Shown one piece after another: positions 52,223-61,091 of a stretch of DNA of 64,000 bases; within the stretch, counting starts at the first letter, position 1, and each line of letters opens with the position of its first letter. The stretch lies in the NCBI GenBank assembly GCA_049676965.1, contig JBAUBR010000097.1:606-64605 (forward strand). The letters are read 5' to 3'. The notes beneath the pieces were generated by a model. The model ran no database searches and had not been told where the DNA came from. It saw nothing but the letters and a program-made list of their open reading frames with translations. The position numbers and the translations under genes were made by a program. Origin of the DNA: Terracidiphilus sp. GTDB lineage: Bacteria > Acidobacteriota > Terriglobia > Terriglobales > Acidobacteriaceae.

Positions 52223-52846
52223 TCAACCGGTCACCGGCTCCATGTCTTCCGCGTTCACTTCGATCGCCGCATGCTGATTGATCATTTGAATGGTGAGGAC
52301 AAAGCGGAGGCGGCTGTTCCTTCTTACCAGCGTGCCTTGCACGCCGCTCATGATTCCGCTTTTGATGCGCACCCTGTCTCCAATGACAAGATCGCGGTAG
52401 GGCTCCACCCTGCGCCGGCAAACGCCGGAGCGAAGAAGCTCAACCTCCGCATCGGCGAGCGGAAGCGGCTCCCTGTGATTGCCCACAATGTGGAGCACGC
52501 CCGGACACCGCAGAACCTTTCCGCGTTCGGCGCGATTGATGCGAACGAAGACGTAAGTCGGAAAGAGCGGCAGCGTGACCTTTTTCCGTTGCCGGTTCTT
52601 CCAGACGCGAACCGTTTCATAGGTGGGAAGAAACGATTCCACGCTCCGAATGTCCAGTTGCTTCAGGACCGACTTCTCGTTCTGAGGCAGGGTGAACGTG
52701 GCGAACCATTTGCGTTCAGCCGCGGGGTCGGCTGCTTGCGGCAGGTCTGCGCCGGTTTCGCCGGATGCTCGATCGACACTTTGCAAGTTCACTCGATAGC
52801 CCCTCGATCGGAAAACGCGCATGGCTTCGCCAAGCTGACTTAGCAT
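52223..52846 (-). CDS. NusG paralogue (UpxY/RfaH-like operon-specific antiterminator)
   Basis: NGN-like WFATFTLPQNEKSVLKQL...LPLFPTYVFVRI and a KOW motif GDRVRIKSGIMSGVQGTLV. It is the first gene of the long minus-strand polysaccharide operon. Confidence 0.8.
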   Translation of the reverse strand: MLSQLGEAMRVFRSRGYRVNLQSVDRASGETGADLPQAADPAAERKWFATFTLPQNEKSVLKQLDIRSVESFLPTYETVRVWKNRQRKKVTLPLFPTYVFVRINRAERGKVLRCPGVLHIVGNHREPLPLADAEVELLRSGVCRRRVEPYRDLVIGDRVRIKSGIMSGVQGTLVRRNSRLRFVLTIQMINQHAAIEVNAEDMEPVTG

Positions 52847-53321
52847 GGCTAAGCCCGATCAGCCCGGGATTCGAGAGCTCAACAGCGCACGACTCCACGA
52901 ATCACGACGCGACCAACGCGATCAACTCCAAGGCATGTAGGCTGAGAGCGAAAATCGAGCCACCGGAACACGGGGGAACCCGGCGGCTTGGATTGTTTTG
53001 TTTACTACTGAAAAGAGAGTAAGCCGATGCTCATTTTTTGTGAAGTGCTAAGTTACGACAAAACATGTCAAAACTTGCCAATAACGCAATCTTAACAGGA
53101 AACGTATGACGATTCGGTGACCAAAACACCATTACTTTGGTACCTGGTATTGTTAGGAGCAAGCACGTGCTGTCGCCGATCGGCCTGTGGTGCGGCATTT
53201 GCCATTCGGGTTGTCCGCAGTCTCGAGACCACCCCGCGCACGTCCTGCGGGGCGAAGACTCCCGCTTTGAGAAGGACGCCCACAACGGCTAGTGAGCTCG
53301 TGAAAGAGAGGACTCCGCTGA

Positions 53322-54395
53322 GTGGTACCCTTTGACGAGATCGCGATGACTGCCGGGAAGGACAAATTCGTCGCCATGGTATCGGCGAAGGCCGATGTGG
53401 ACCTGCGCCTGAGCGACTTCCATCCCCGATCCGAATTGATCGTTCCGGATCGCACCCCGTTGAAGGCCCGATTTCCAGTGATCGACTACCACAATCACCT
53501 GGATTCGATGGACCCGGAAACAGTGCTGCGCATAATGGATGATTGCGGTGTGGAGCGCGTGGTCAACATCACGATGCAGACGGGTGATGCGGCGCTCGAA
53601 ATGCTGCGCCGGTTCCAAAACGCCTCGCGCCAGCGGTTCGCCACCATTGCCTGGATGGATTGGGCCGGAGTGGAGCGCGAGGATTTCGTGCGGCTCTCCT
53701 GCGACCGGCTGGAGCGGATGGTCGAGCTCGGCGCCTGCGGCATCAAGTTCTGGAAGGACCTCGGCCTCTCCGTGCGCGATGAGCGAGGCAGGCTGTTGCG
53801 GGTCGACGACGAACGCTTTGCGCCAATATTCGATAAGGCCGCGGAGCTGAATATCCCGGTGATGTTCCACACTGCCGATCCCAGCGCCTTTTTCCGCCCA
53901 ATCGATGCCGCCAACGAGCGCTACGAGGAGTTGGCGGCACACCCGGATTGGAGCTTTAACGGCGCACAGCATTCGAAAGACGAGTTGCTCGCGCAGCGCG
54001 ACGAAGTCATCCGCAGGCATCCGCACACGACCTTCGTTTGCGCGCACATGGGCGAGAGCGGTGAAGACCTGACTCGCGTAGCGCGCCTGCTCGAATCGAA
54101 CCCGAATCTATACATCGACATCAGCGCGCGCGCGGCGGAGTTGGGCCGGCAGCCCTACACCGCGCGCCGGTTCTTTCTCCGCTTTGCCGATCGCATTCTG
54201 TTCGGCACCGACCTTCTGCCCGAGACGCAGATGTATCGCCTCTACTTCCGCTTCCTGGAAACAGACGACGAGTACTTCGAATACCCATCCCATGCTTCGC
54301 GCCAAGGCCGCTGGAATATCTATGGGCTGTACCTTCCAGACGACGTTCTGGAGAAGTTATATCGCCTCAACGCCCTGAAATTGCTCGCGCATTGA
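53322..54395 (+). CDS. amidohydrolase-family metal-dependent hydrolase (TIM barrel)
   Basis: The HxH motif in VIDYHNHL, with later FHTAD and HMGE metal-ligand-like motifs. The start is GTG 53322 or ATG 53346. Confidence 0.8.
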   Translation: MVPFDEIAMTAGKDKFVAMVSAKADVDLRLSDFHPRSELIVPDRTPLKARFPVIDYHNHLDSMDPETVLRIMDDCGVERVVNITMQTGDAALEMLRRFQNASRQRFATIAWMDWAGVEREDFVRLSCDRLERMVELGACGIKFWKDLGLSVRDERGRLLRVDDERFAPIFDKAAELNIPVMFHTADPSAFFRPIDAANERYEELAAHPDWSFNGAQHSKDELLAQRDEVIRRHPHTTFVCAHMGESGEDLTRVARLLESNPNLYIDISARAAELGRQPYTARRFFLRFADRILFGTDLLPETQMYRLYFRFLETDDEYFEYPSHASRQGRWNIYGLYLPDDVLEKLYRLNALKLLAH

Positions 54396-54431
54396 CCGAG
54401 CCAACGCTTCGACAGTCGATGATCTAGGAAA

Positions 54432-54523
54432 CCTCCAAATAAGTCGATATGAATCCTCTAAATAAGTCGATAGGAAGTATCGGAATAAGCCGATGACAAA
54501 CATCTGAATAAGTCCATGTTTCG
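54432..54523 (+). repeat. four degenerate tandem copies of a 23-nt unit
   Basis: AATAAG(T/C)C cores at 54438, 54461, 54484 and 54507. Confidence 0.75.
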
Positions 54524-54592
54524 AAGGGTACGGGCTTCAGCCCGTACATAAAACCCAGCAGAATCGACGCGGCTTTAGCCGCTGAGGGAATG
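54523..54592 (+). repeat. conserved two-hairpin interspersed module (copy 2)
   Basis: GAAGGGTACGGGCTTCAGCCCGTACAT is identical to 10367-10393. It is followed further on by GCGGCTTTAGCCGC and CTGAGGGAATG. Confidence 0.85.
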
Positions 54593-54626
54593 CAGGCTCC
54601 GAAACAGAGACCGATGCAAAGATCCC

Positions 54627-55103
54627 TCAAGTCTCTTGCAGCGAGGATCGCCGCGGATTGAGACTGTCGATCAGCTCGCCCACCGTCCCGATGAGCCGCG
54701 GCAGCGCAGCTTCGAGAGTGTCAGTGAGCGCATCGCCGTGTTCAAAGGATTTCCCCGCGATCGAAATCGTAAACGCGCGTGGGGAAACGCCATAAAGCTG
54801 CCGGCAGAGAGCGATGACTTGTTGCGGAGTGAGATGGTGCGAAGATTTCGCCGGCTGCCCGGAGGAGCCGATTTCAGCGACAACGATTTGGCCCGGTTCG
54901 CCGTCGCAGGCTGCATCGATAAAAATCAGATCGTCCGCACGGCTCGCATCTTCGGCAACCTCCGGCGTGAGCTGGTGAACGCAGAAAATCTCAGTTGAAG
55001 GAGCAGGGAACTCGCGCCGGAGCAGCTCGGCCGCATGCCACGCGATCCCATCGTCCGAGCGCAGCGGATTCCCGTAAGCGACGATCAGGATGCGAGGCGC
55101 CAT
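54627..55103 (-). CDS. hoxW: [NiFe]-hydrogenase maturation endopeptidase (HoxW/HycI family)
   Basis: [22 protein letters not shown]...IFIDA...HHLTP. The reading frame is open further upstream and continuous with the hoxH remnant. Confidence 0.75.
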   Translation of the reverse strand: MAPRILIVAYGNPLRSDDGIAWHAAELLRREFPAPSTEIFCVHQLTPEVAEDASRADDLIFIDAACDGEPGQIVVAEIGSSGQPAKSSHHLTPQQVIALCRQLYGVSPRAFTISIAGKSFEHGDALTDTLEAALPRLIGTVGELIDSLNPRRSSLQET

Positions 55104-55118
55104 CGGACTTCGGGCATC

Positions 55119-55316
55119 AATGCCGCAGATGCGCGCCATGAGCGAGGGCATCTCCGCGAACGGCCGCCCCTCGCAGAACTTTTCGAAGCCCCGGAACTGT
55201 GTCACATGGAAGCGGGCATCCTCGACCTTGCCCTCGTCGTTCAGGTGCAGCGTGATCTTGGAGTGGCCTTCGATGCGGGTCACCGGATCGATGACGATGG
55301 TTCTGCGCTCTGCCAT
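55119..55316 (-). pseudogene. hoxH: remnant (first 66 codons) of the [NiFe]-hydrogenase large subunit HoxH
   Basis: [23 protein letters not shown]...[11 protein letters not shown] stops inside the N-terminal Ni-binding RxCGxC motif. It continues in frame (DARSP) into the protease. Confidence 0.75.
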
Positions 55317-55319
55317 TTT

Positions 55320-55853
55320 TCACGCTCCAAAACGGGTTCGCGAACTCAACTCCGGCTGGCGCCCGGCGAGCAGTTCAGTCAGCGTGTAATGGATCACGTC
55401 GGCGGAAGGCGGACAACCTGGAATGAAGAGATCGACGGTCACCACTTCGTGAACCGGTCGCGCATATGGCAATAGACGAGGCACGATCTTGTCCGGAGTG
55501 CCCGGCGCAAGGGTGACATTTTCTCGATACGCGCGATCGTAGATCGCCTGCACCGGAAAGGGATTGCGCATCGCTGGAACATTCGCCGTCACAGCGCAAT
55601 CGCCCAGCGAAACCAGCAGCTTGGTCCGGCCGCGAATCGCCTTGATCTTGTGCAGATCCTCGTCGCTGCTCACCGCTCCTTCGACCAGGGTGATATCCAC
55701 ATCGGGAGGAAATTCCTTGGCATCCACCAGCGGGCTATAGACCAGTTCGACCAGCGCGGCAAGATCGATGAGGCGCTCGTCCATATCGAGGAACGACATG
55801 TGGCAGCCCGAGCAGCCGTCGAGCCAGACCGTGGCCAGCTTCTTCCTGCTCAT
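55320..55853 (-). CDS. hoxY: NAD-reducing [NiFe]-hydrogenase small subunit (NuoB-like)
   Basis: [17 protein letters not shown]...GDCA...PGCPP. Confidence 0.88.
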   Translation of the reverse strand: MSRKKLATVWLDGCSGCHMSFLDMDERLIDLAALVELVYSPLVDAKEFPPDVDITLVEGAVSSDEDLHKIKAIRGRTKLLVSLGDCAVTANVPAMRNPFPVQAIYDRAYRENVTLAPGTPDKIVPRLLPYARPVHEVVTVDLFIPGCPPSADVIHYTLTELLAGRQPELSSRTRFGA

Positions 55854-56569
55854 TCGTGCTCCTTGCGCATGATCGTCAAGTATGGGAGGAATTGACGCCG
55901 CTTCTCCATCTCCGCCACCGAGCGGCCTTTCTCAACCAATGCCCCCGTCGGGCACACCTGCACACATTTTCCGCAGCTGGTGCACGACTCCGACTCGCCC
56001 CAGGGTTGATTCAAGTCCGTGATCACCTTTGCCTCGATGCCGCGCCCCATCACGTCCCATGTGTGCGCGCCCTCGATCTCGTCGCACACGCGCACGCAAC
56101 GCGTGCACAGAATGCATCGATTGTGATCGAGGATGAAGCGGTCGTGCGAGGCATCCACCGTCTTCTTCGGGTATCGGTAAGGAAGATGAATGTGTGTCAC
56201 GCCTAGCGTCTGCGCCATGGTTTGCAGTTCGCAATGGTTGTTGGAGACGCAGACCGAACAAATATGGTTTCCCTCGCTGAACAAAAGCTCCACGATCATT
56301 TTGCGATAGTTTTGCAGGCGATCGGAACTGGTGGTGACCTCCATTCCTTCTTCAACAGCGGTCACGCAGGCGGGGAGCAGTTTGTTCGAGCCCTTCACTT
56401 CCACCAGGCACAGGCGGCACGCGCCCACGGTCGAAAGCCCTTCGAGCGCGCACAAGCGCGGGATGAAAACGCCGTTCTCTCGAGCGACATGGAGAATCGT
56501 CTCATCGGGCCGTGCGCTGCAGTCGCGGCCATCGATCTTGAGCGTCTTTACGCTGGTCGTCACACTCAT
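55850..56569 (-). CDS. hoxU: diaphorase Fe-S subunit (NuoG-N-terminal-like)
   Basis: A 2Fe-2S region ([10 protein letters not shown]) plus several 4Fe-4S Cys clusters. ATGA overlaps at both ends. Confidence 0.88.
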   Translation of the reverse strand: MSVTTSVKTLKIDGRDCSARPDETILHVARENGVFIPRLCALEGLSTVGACRLCLVEVKGSNKLLPACVTAVEEGMEVTTSSDRLQNYRKMIVELLFSEGNHICSVCVSNNHCELQTMAQTLGVTHIHLPYRYPKKTVDASHDRFILDHNRCILCTRCVRVCDEIEGAHTWDVMGRGIEAKVITDLNQPWGESESCTSCGKCVQVCPTGALVEKGRSVAEMEKRRQFLPYLTIMRKEHE

Positions 56570-58212
56570 GCGCTTGCCTCTTCCAGGACTCTCGCGCGAC
56601 ACACGCCTGCAGGGCATCTCTGCTCATGAACGTGCGCCTTGTATTCCGCAATGAAATACTTCAGCGTGCTCAACACCGGGTTTGGCGCCGATTGGCCCAG
56701 GCCGCACAGGCTGGTGTGTTTCACCAGGTCGCAAAGCTCTTCCAGCAGCTTCAGATCCTGCTCCGTCGCGGACATATCCGTAATCGCGCTCAGGATTCTG
56801 TGCATCTGATACGTGCCCACGCGGCAGGGGACACACTTGCCGCAGGACTCGGTCATGCAGAAATCCATGAAATACTTCGCCACGTCCACCATGCAGGAGC
56901 TCTCGTCCATCACGATCATTCCGCCGGAGCCCATGATCGAGCCAGCCCTCGCCAGCGACTCATACTCCACCGGCATGTCGAGAGTTTCGGCCGGCAGGCA
57001 CCCTCCCGAAGGCCCGCCGGTCTGCACGGCCTTGAACTCCTTGCCCTCGGGAATGCCGCCGCCAATGTCGAACACCATCTCGCGCAACGTGATTCCCATT
57101 GGCACTTCGACCAGGCCGGTATTACGCACGCGCCCGGCCAGCGCAAACACCTTCGTACCTTTGCTCTTCTCGGTGCCGATCCGCGCGTACCACGCGCCTC
57201 CGTTACGAACGATGGGCGGCACGTTGGCGTAGGTTTCCACGTTGTTGATCAGAGTCGGCTGACCGAGCAGCCCCTCCATCGCGGGATACGGAGGCCGCGG
57301 ACGCGGCGTGCCGCGTTTGCCTTCGATCGACGCAATCAATGCCGTCTCTTCTCCGCAGACAAAGGCGCCCGCGCCAATGCGTATCTCGATGTGTAAGCTG
57401 AAGCCCGTTCCACAAATGTTTGCACCCAGCAGCCCGAGCCGCTCCGCCTGTCGGATCGCGGTCTTAAGCCGCTTGATCGCCAGCGGATACTCCGCGCGGA
57501 CATAGATGAAGCCTTCCGACGCGCCCACGGCGTGAGCTGCGACGAGCATTCCTTCCAGCACGCGATGCGGATCGCTCTCGAGCACGCTGCGATCCATGAA
57601 CGCTCCGGGATCGCCCTCATCCGCATTGCAAATGACGAATTTCTGTTTCCCCACGGCCTTTGCGACCGTGCTCCACTTCAGCCCCGTCGGGTAACCCGCG
57701 CCGCCGCGCCCGCGCAGTCCGCTGGTAGTGATCTCGGCGATCACTTCCTGTGGCGTCATCTCGGTCAAAACCTTCATCAGCGCGAGATACCCGTCGCGCG
57801 CAATGTACTCCTCGATCCGCTCCGGATCGATAACGCCGGAGTTTTCCAGTACGATCTTTCGCTGGCGCTGGAAGAACGGTGTGTCGGTGGGACAATGCAG
57901 GCGCGCGATCGGCTTCGCCTCCAGGCTGTCGAGCAGTTCGCCCGCATCGGCCGCGGACACATGCTGGTAAAGATGGCCGGTGCTGGTTGAGACCAGCGGT
58001 CCTTCGGAGCACAGTCCCATGCAGCCGACGCCTTTAATCTGGCACCGCTCGCCGGTCCCGCGACGCGCGACCTCGCCGGCGAGTGCGCTCTGAACCCCAT
58101 CGCTCTGGCATGAGAGGCATCCCGCGGCGACGCACACACTCACGCGCCGCGGAAACCTCTGCTGCGCTTCGCGTTCTTTTTCTGCAATCTCGTCGAGTTC
58201 GTCAGGAGTCAT
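56566..58212 (-). CDS. hoxF: diaphorase NAD/FMN-binding subunit (NuoF-like)
   Basis: 548 aa. [23 protein letters not shown], and [10 protein letters not shown]. Confidence 0.92.
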   Translation of the reverse strand: MTPDELDEIAEKEREAQQRFPRRVSVCVAAGCLSCQSDGVQSALAGEVARRGTGERCQIKGVGCMGLCSEGPLVSTSTGHLYQHVSAADAGELLDSLEAKPIARLHCPTDTPFFQRQRKIVLENSGVIDPERIEEYIARDGYLALMKVLTEMTPQEVIAEITTSGLRGRGGAGYPTGLKWSTVAKAVGKQKFVICNADEGDPGAFMDRSVLESDPHRVLEGMLVAAHAVGASEGFIYVRAEYPLAIKRLKTAIRQAERLGLLGANICGTGFSLHIEIRIGAGAFVCGEETALIASIEGKRGTPRPRPPYPAMEGLLGQPTLINNVETYANVPPIVRNGGAWYARIGTEKSKGTKVFALAGRVRNTGLVEVPMGITLREMVFDIGGGIPEGKEFKAVQTGGPSGGCLPAETLDMPVEYESLARAGSIMGSGGMIVMDESSCMVDVAKYFMDFCMTESCGKCVPCRVGTYQMHRILSAITDMSATEQDLKLLEELCDLVKHTSLCGLGQSAPNPVLSTLKYFIAEYKAHVHEQRCPAGVCRARVLEEASA

Positions 58213-58708
58213 GGTGAGCCCACTTCTCGAGATGTCTGTGCAATGACCCGGTGTCGACTTTACCCGCGACTTCCTGGTCGTAGACCACCGCCGGCGCCAG
58301 TCCGCACGAGCCCAGGCAGCGGGCCGTCAGCAGCGAAATTTCGCCGTCCGCGGTGGTTTCGCCGGGAGCGATGTGCAAGCTTTCCCGCACCGCGTCGAAA
58401 AGATGCCGGGCTCCCTTGATGTAGCACGCGGTGCCAAGGCAAATCACACAGGTGTGCCTGCCGCCCGGCTTCAGCGTGAAGAAATGATAAAAAGTGGCGA
58501 CGCCGTAGGCGCGGCTGAGCGGCACATGCAGGCACAACGCCACGTAGCGCAAGGCTTCCTCATCGAGAAACCCAAAGGCCTCCTGCACGGTATGAAGCGT
58601 CTCAATCAGGCCATGCGAACTCCCGCCCGTCTTGCGCATGGTGGCGTCGACGAGTTTCCATCGCTTGTCGGTGTTGGGCGGCGCCGGCCTCGCCCCATAG
58701 ATCGCCAT
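58202..58708 (-). CDS. hoxE: diaphorase 2Fe-2S subunit (NuoE-like)
   Basis: [11 protein letters not shown]...[11 protein letters not shown]. Confidence 0.88.
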   Translation of the reverse strand: MAIYGARPAPPNTDKRWKLVDATMRKTGGSSHGLIETLHTVQEAFGFLDEEALRYVALCLHVPLSRAYGVATFYHFFTLKPGGRHTCVICLGTACYIKGARHLFDAVRESLHIAPGETTADGEISLLTARCLGSCGLAPAVVYDQEVAGKVDTGSLHRHLEKWAHHDS

Positions 58709-59236
58709 GATGGCCTCGTGAGAGGTGGTGACAGAGTGTACCGCAACACTTCAAGTTAGGACGTTAACCCTTCTGCAACCGTGATGGCAATCACCTCCGC
58801 TCGTGCAAAAGGGGACAGGCGTTCACATTGGGAATGCAGGCCCCAATCCCTCTGCGCCGAATCCGCACGCGCCCAACCCCCTGCGTAAGATCCAAAGGTC
58901 GCGAGAGGCCCGGTGTGGAAGCCTGACCGCCCAACACACTGGTCAAATAAATTCCTCGCCCACGATTGTAAACCGTGTCGAGCTTGCTGCAATCGGCGCT
59001 TTTCCCTGTTAATTCGTGGATTGTGGTCGTACTGTTCAAGAGCGAAGCGCGCCGGGATCGGTTAAACTACGGTCAGCGACCAGTGTTGCGCCCCAAAGGG
59101 TCGCCCCATAAATGGTGTCATCCTGCGCGACCCTGAGCGAATCGAACAGGGAGTCGAGGGACCTCCATTTGAAACGCTCGACTGGCCGAATCGGCTCGGA
59201 AGGTTTGCAATGAACTGTGGGACACCATACTAGCGC

Positions 59237-59277
59237 GGAGAGGTGGCAGAGCCCAGTTGAATGCACCTGACTCGAAA
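59237..59277 (+). pseudogene. tRNA-Ser(CGA)-like 5' half (acceptor, D-arm, anticodon stem 5' side and loop only)
   Basis: GGAGAGG-TG-GCA-GAGCCCAGTTGAA-TGC-A-CCTGA-CTCGAAA matches the tRNA-Ser layout up to the anticodon loop. The following AGTGA cannot pair with CCTGA, and no T-arm or 3' acceptor follows. Confidence 0.45.
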
Positions 59278-59579
59278 AGTGATTTTGGCCCCGCCGCACC
59301 GAACCGCATCTTTCCGCATAGAGCCGCCTATCCGCAATAAATAGATTGAGTTATACTGATCGCAAGCGAAGCAGAGTGCCGCATGCGACCGCATCTTTTC
59401 CGAAACCGAACGGACACCAGAACGGACACCAGAGCAATTATCCGCCACCTCGCCCACAAATACCCAAACAAGCAGGAATTGGGTCATTGTCCGCAATTTT
59501 CATCCCCTCCTCCGCCACTTGCGCTGATTCACTTGATCGCCAACCCACCCAAACATGCCCAAACACTTTGGAGCTTCGC

Positions 59580-60020
59580 ATGAAGATTGTCAGCCAGTCG
59601 GATCTCATGGAACGGGTCACCAAGGCCCGTTCCGGGTGCTGGATCTGGGAAGGCGCCAAGAGCAAAGAAGGTTACGGAGTGCTCCGTCTCGACAATGGCC
59701 AGCGCCAGGCGCCGCGTCTGTTTTGGGAGACTTTCGTAGGGCCGGTTCCTGAGGGATACACCGTACGCTCCCGGAAGCTTCCCGTCTGCGTCGGTAAAGC
59801 CTGTTGCAATCCTGCTCACCACCGGCTGCAGGGGCCGGTTGTCTGGACCGAATTCCCGGCCTGCAAAGAGGGCCATCTGTTGACTGCTGACAATGTCGTG
59901 ATCGAAAACCGCAATGGCCGGCTCTTCAAACGCTGCCGCATCTGTCGCCGGGAGGCATGGAAGGGCTGGCAGAAACAACACTCTTCCCCTGCCGGAGGTG
60001 GGAGGAAGAAATCAGAATGA
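59580..60020 (+). CDS. HNH_3/AP2-like endonuclease-family protein
   Basis: GGAG 6 nt before the ATG. GCWIWEGAKSKEGYGVLRL...CCNPAHH, then C..GH...N...RCRIC. The ORF-track TTG start at 59346 would add 78 aa translated from repeats. Confidence 0.7.
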   Translation: MKIVSQSDLMERVTKARSGCWIWEGAKSKEGYGVLRLDNGQRQAPRLFWETFVGPVPEGYTVRSRKLPVCVGKACCNPAHHRLQGPVVWTEFPACKEGHLLTADNVVIENRNGRLFKRCRICRREAWKGWQKQHSSPAGGGRKKSE

Positions 60021-60165
60021 TTCCACTTTTGCGATATTTCTCTTGTTGAATGCCTCCCACACGACCGATGCTCTACAGGACCAGGAATGCGGCGACATCA
60101 AACTAGCTTGCCAATCGTGGGGCGGACTGATGATGTGAACTCGGCTGTTCGCCAAGACAGCTGTT

Positions 60166-60534
60166 CTATGAAGGTTGATCGGCGTGCTCAATTTGATTGA
60201 AAGACTCCTCGGAGAAGAGCCATTTCTGGTCAAGTGGTTCTTTGCGAGAACCAGGCGGGGAGTACTTGAGATAGCCGTGGTCAAACGCATACTTCTTTCC
60301 GCGGCCGTGTGCATTGCCGTGACATCCGTTGCATGTACAGGCCCGCGAGAGCCCATGCTTGTCGTTCGCATAGCAGCGAGGCGAGCAAAATGCTGCGTGC
60401 GGGATCGGACCGGCTGGTCCCGTTGCGGAGAGAATCGGATTCTTTGTTTCCAAGGTGCTGTTCGCCAACCGCACAAGCGTGTCATCCGCTCTTCCGTTCC
60501 GTCCTTGTCTCTGTTGCTGCTTAAAGATATCCAT
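60166..60534 (-). CDS. Cys/His-rich small protein, family unknown, last gene of the E2/E1-JAB operon
   Basis: 122 aa from MDIFKQQQ, with the core FCSPRCYANDKHGLSRACTCNGCHGNAHGRGKKYAFDHG. The start is 35 nt downstream of the JAB stop. The third-codon-position GC bias is coding-like. Confidence 0.5.
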   Translation of the reverse strand: MDIFKQQQRQGRNGRADDTLVRLANSTLETKNPILSATGPAGPIPHAAFCSPRCYANDKHGLSRACTCNGCHGNAHGRGKKYAFDHGYLKYSPPGSRKEPLDQKWLFSEESFNQIEHADQPS

Positions 60535-60569
60535 TCCGCCCTTTTGTGTTTGCACGATTCGATCCAACG

Positions 60570-61091
60570 CTAGGAGTCCAGGACGATCTCCGACTCGCCT
60601 TGACCACAATAGAGCGACATAAACAAGCCAACTGGAAATCGTTCGGTCCCCGCGATCAGCAAAATGAAGCCATTCAGATGATGCTTCGAATCTCTGACCG
60701 CGTGACGGATACTTCGAATGTCAGACGCGGATGGCCGAGGGTGCGGTTCCGGGTGAGTGTGCCAATCGCCAATAAAGTGCAGCCCGCGTCCATGCAACGC
60801 GTCAATTTCTTCCTGTTCATGCCTACGATCCGGTACATAGCCGTACCGGGATCGACGATCGGATATCCTAGGTCCCGTTGCGTGTTCGACACGAATCTCT
60901 TCATCAGTAAAGCGAGCAAATAATTGTCCGCCTGCCTCCGCTGAGAAGGACTCGATCTGTTGGAACATTGCTATATGGTTGAGAACAGTTGGTGTGAAGA
61001 CGAGGCGCTGTCCGGAGTTTCCGATCCTGAAGCGAAGGCTGCGCCAGTAGCGCTTCCACCGCAGACCGGGCAGAGTTCGTCCTTCCGCCAT
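60570..61091 (-). CDS. JAB/MPN+ (JAMM) metallopeptidase, Cap3-like
   Basis: E-x-GG (FSAEAGGQLFARF) and H-x-H-x7-S-x2-D (HTHPEPHPRPSASD). I placed the start at ATG 61091 (MAEGRT) so the first beta-strand (RLVFTPTVL) is included. The ORF track opens at a GTG at 61316. Confidence 0.8.
   Translation of the reverse strand: MAEGRTLPGLRWKRYWRSLRFRIGNSGQRLVFTPTVLNHIAMFQQIESFSAEAGGQLFARFTDEEIRVEHATGPRISDRRSRYGYVPDRRHEQEEIDALHGRGLHFIGDWHTHPEPHPRPSASDIRSIRHAVRDSKHHLNGFILLIAGTERFPVGLFMSLYCGQGESEIVLDS

Noticed and set aside
59237-59320. A complete tRNA-Ser or tRNA-Sec gene.
   Set aside because: After the anticodon loop, no complementary anticodon-stem strand, variable arm, TPsiC arm (GTTCGAATC-like) or 3' acceptor strand can be built on either strand. 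Only a 5' half is supportable.
59346-59579. The N-terminal 78 aa of the ORF-track HNH gene (TTG start at 59346).
   Set aside because: This part is a low-complexity translation (NGHQNGHQ) of the intergenic direct repeats. A GGAG-ATG start at 59580 gives a compact protein that begins just before the conserved GCWIW block.
60175-60573. A plus-strand 132-aa ORF opposite the Cys/His-rich gene.
   Set aside because: Its composition is Arg/Cys/Leu-rich and unlike a protein. It would be an isolated gene running head-on into the JAB gene. The minus-strand frame has the better codon bias and operon context. Expression data would settle it.
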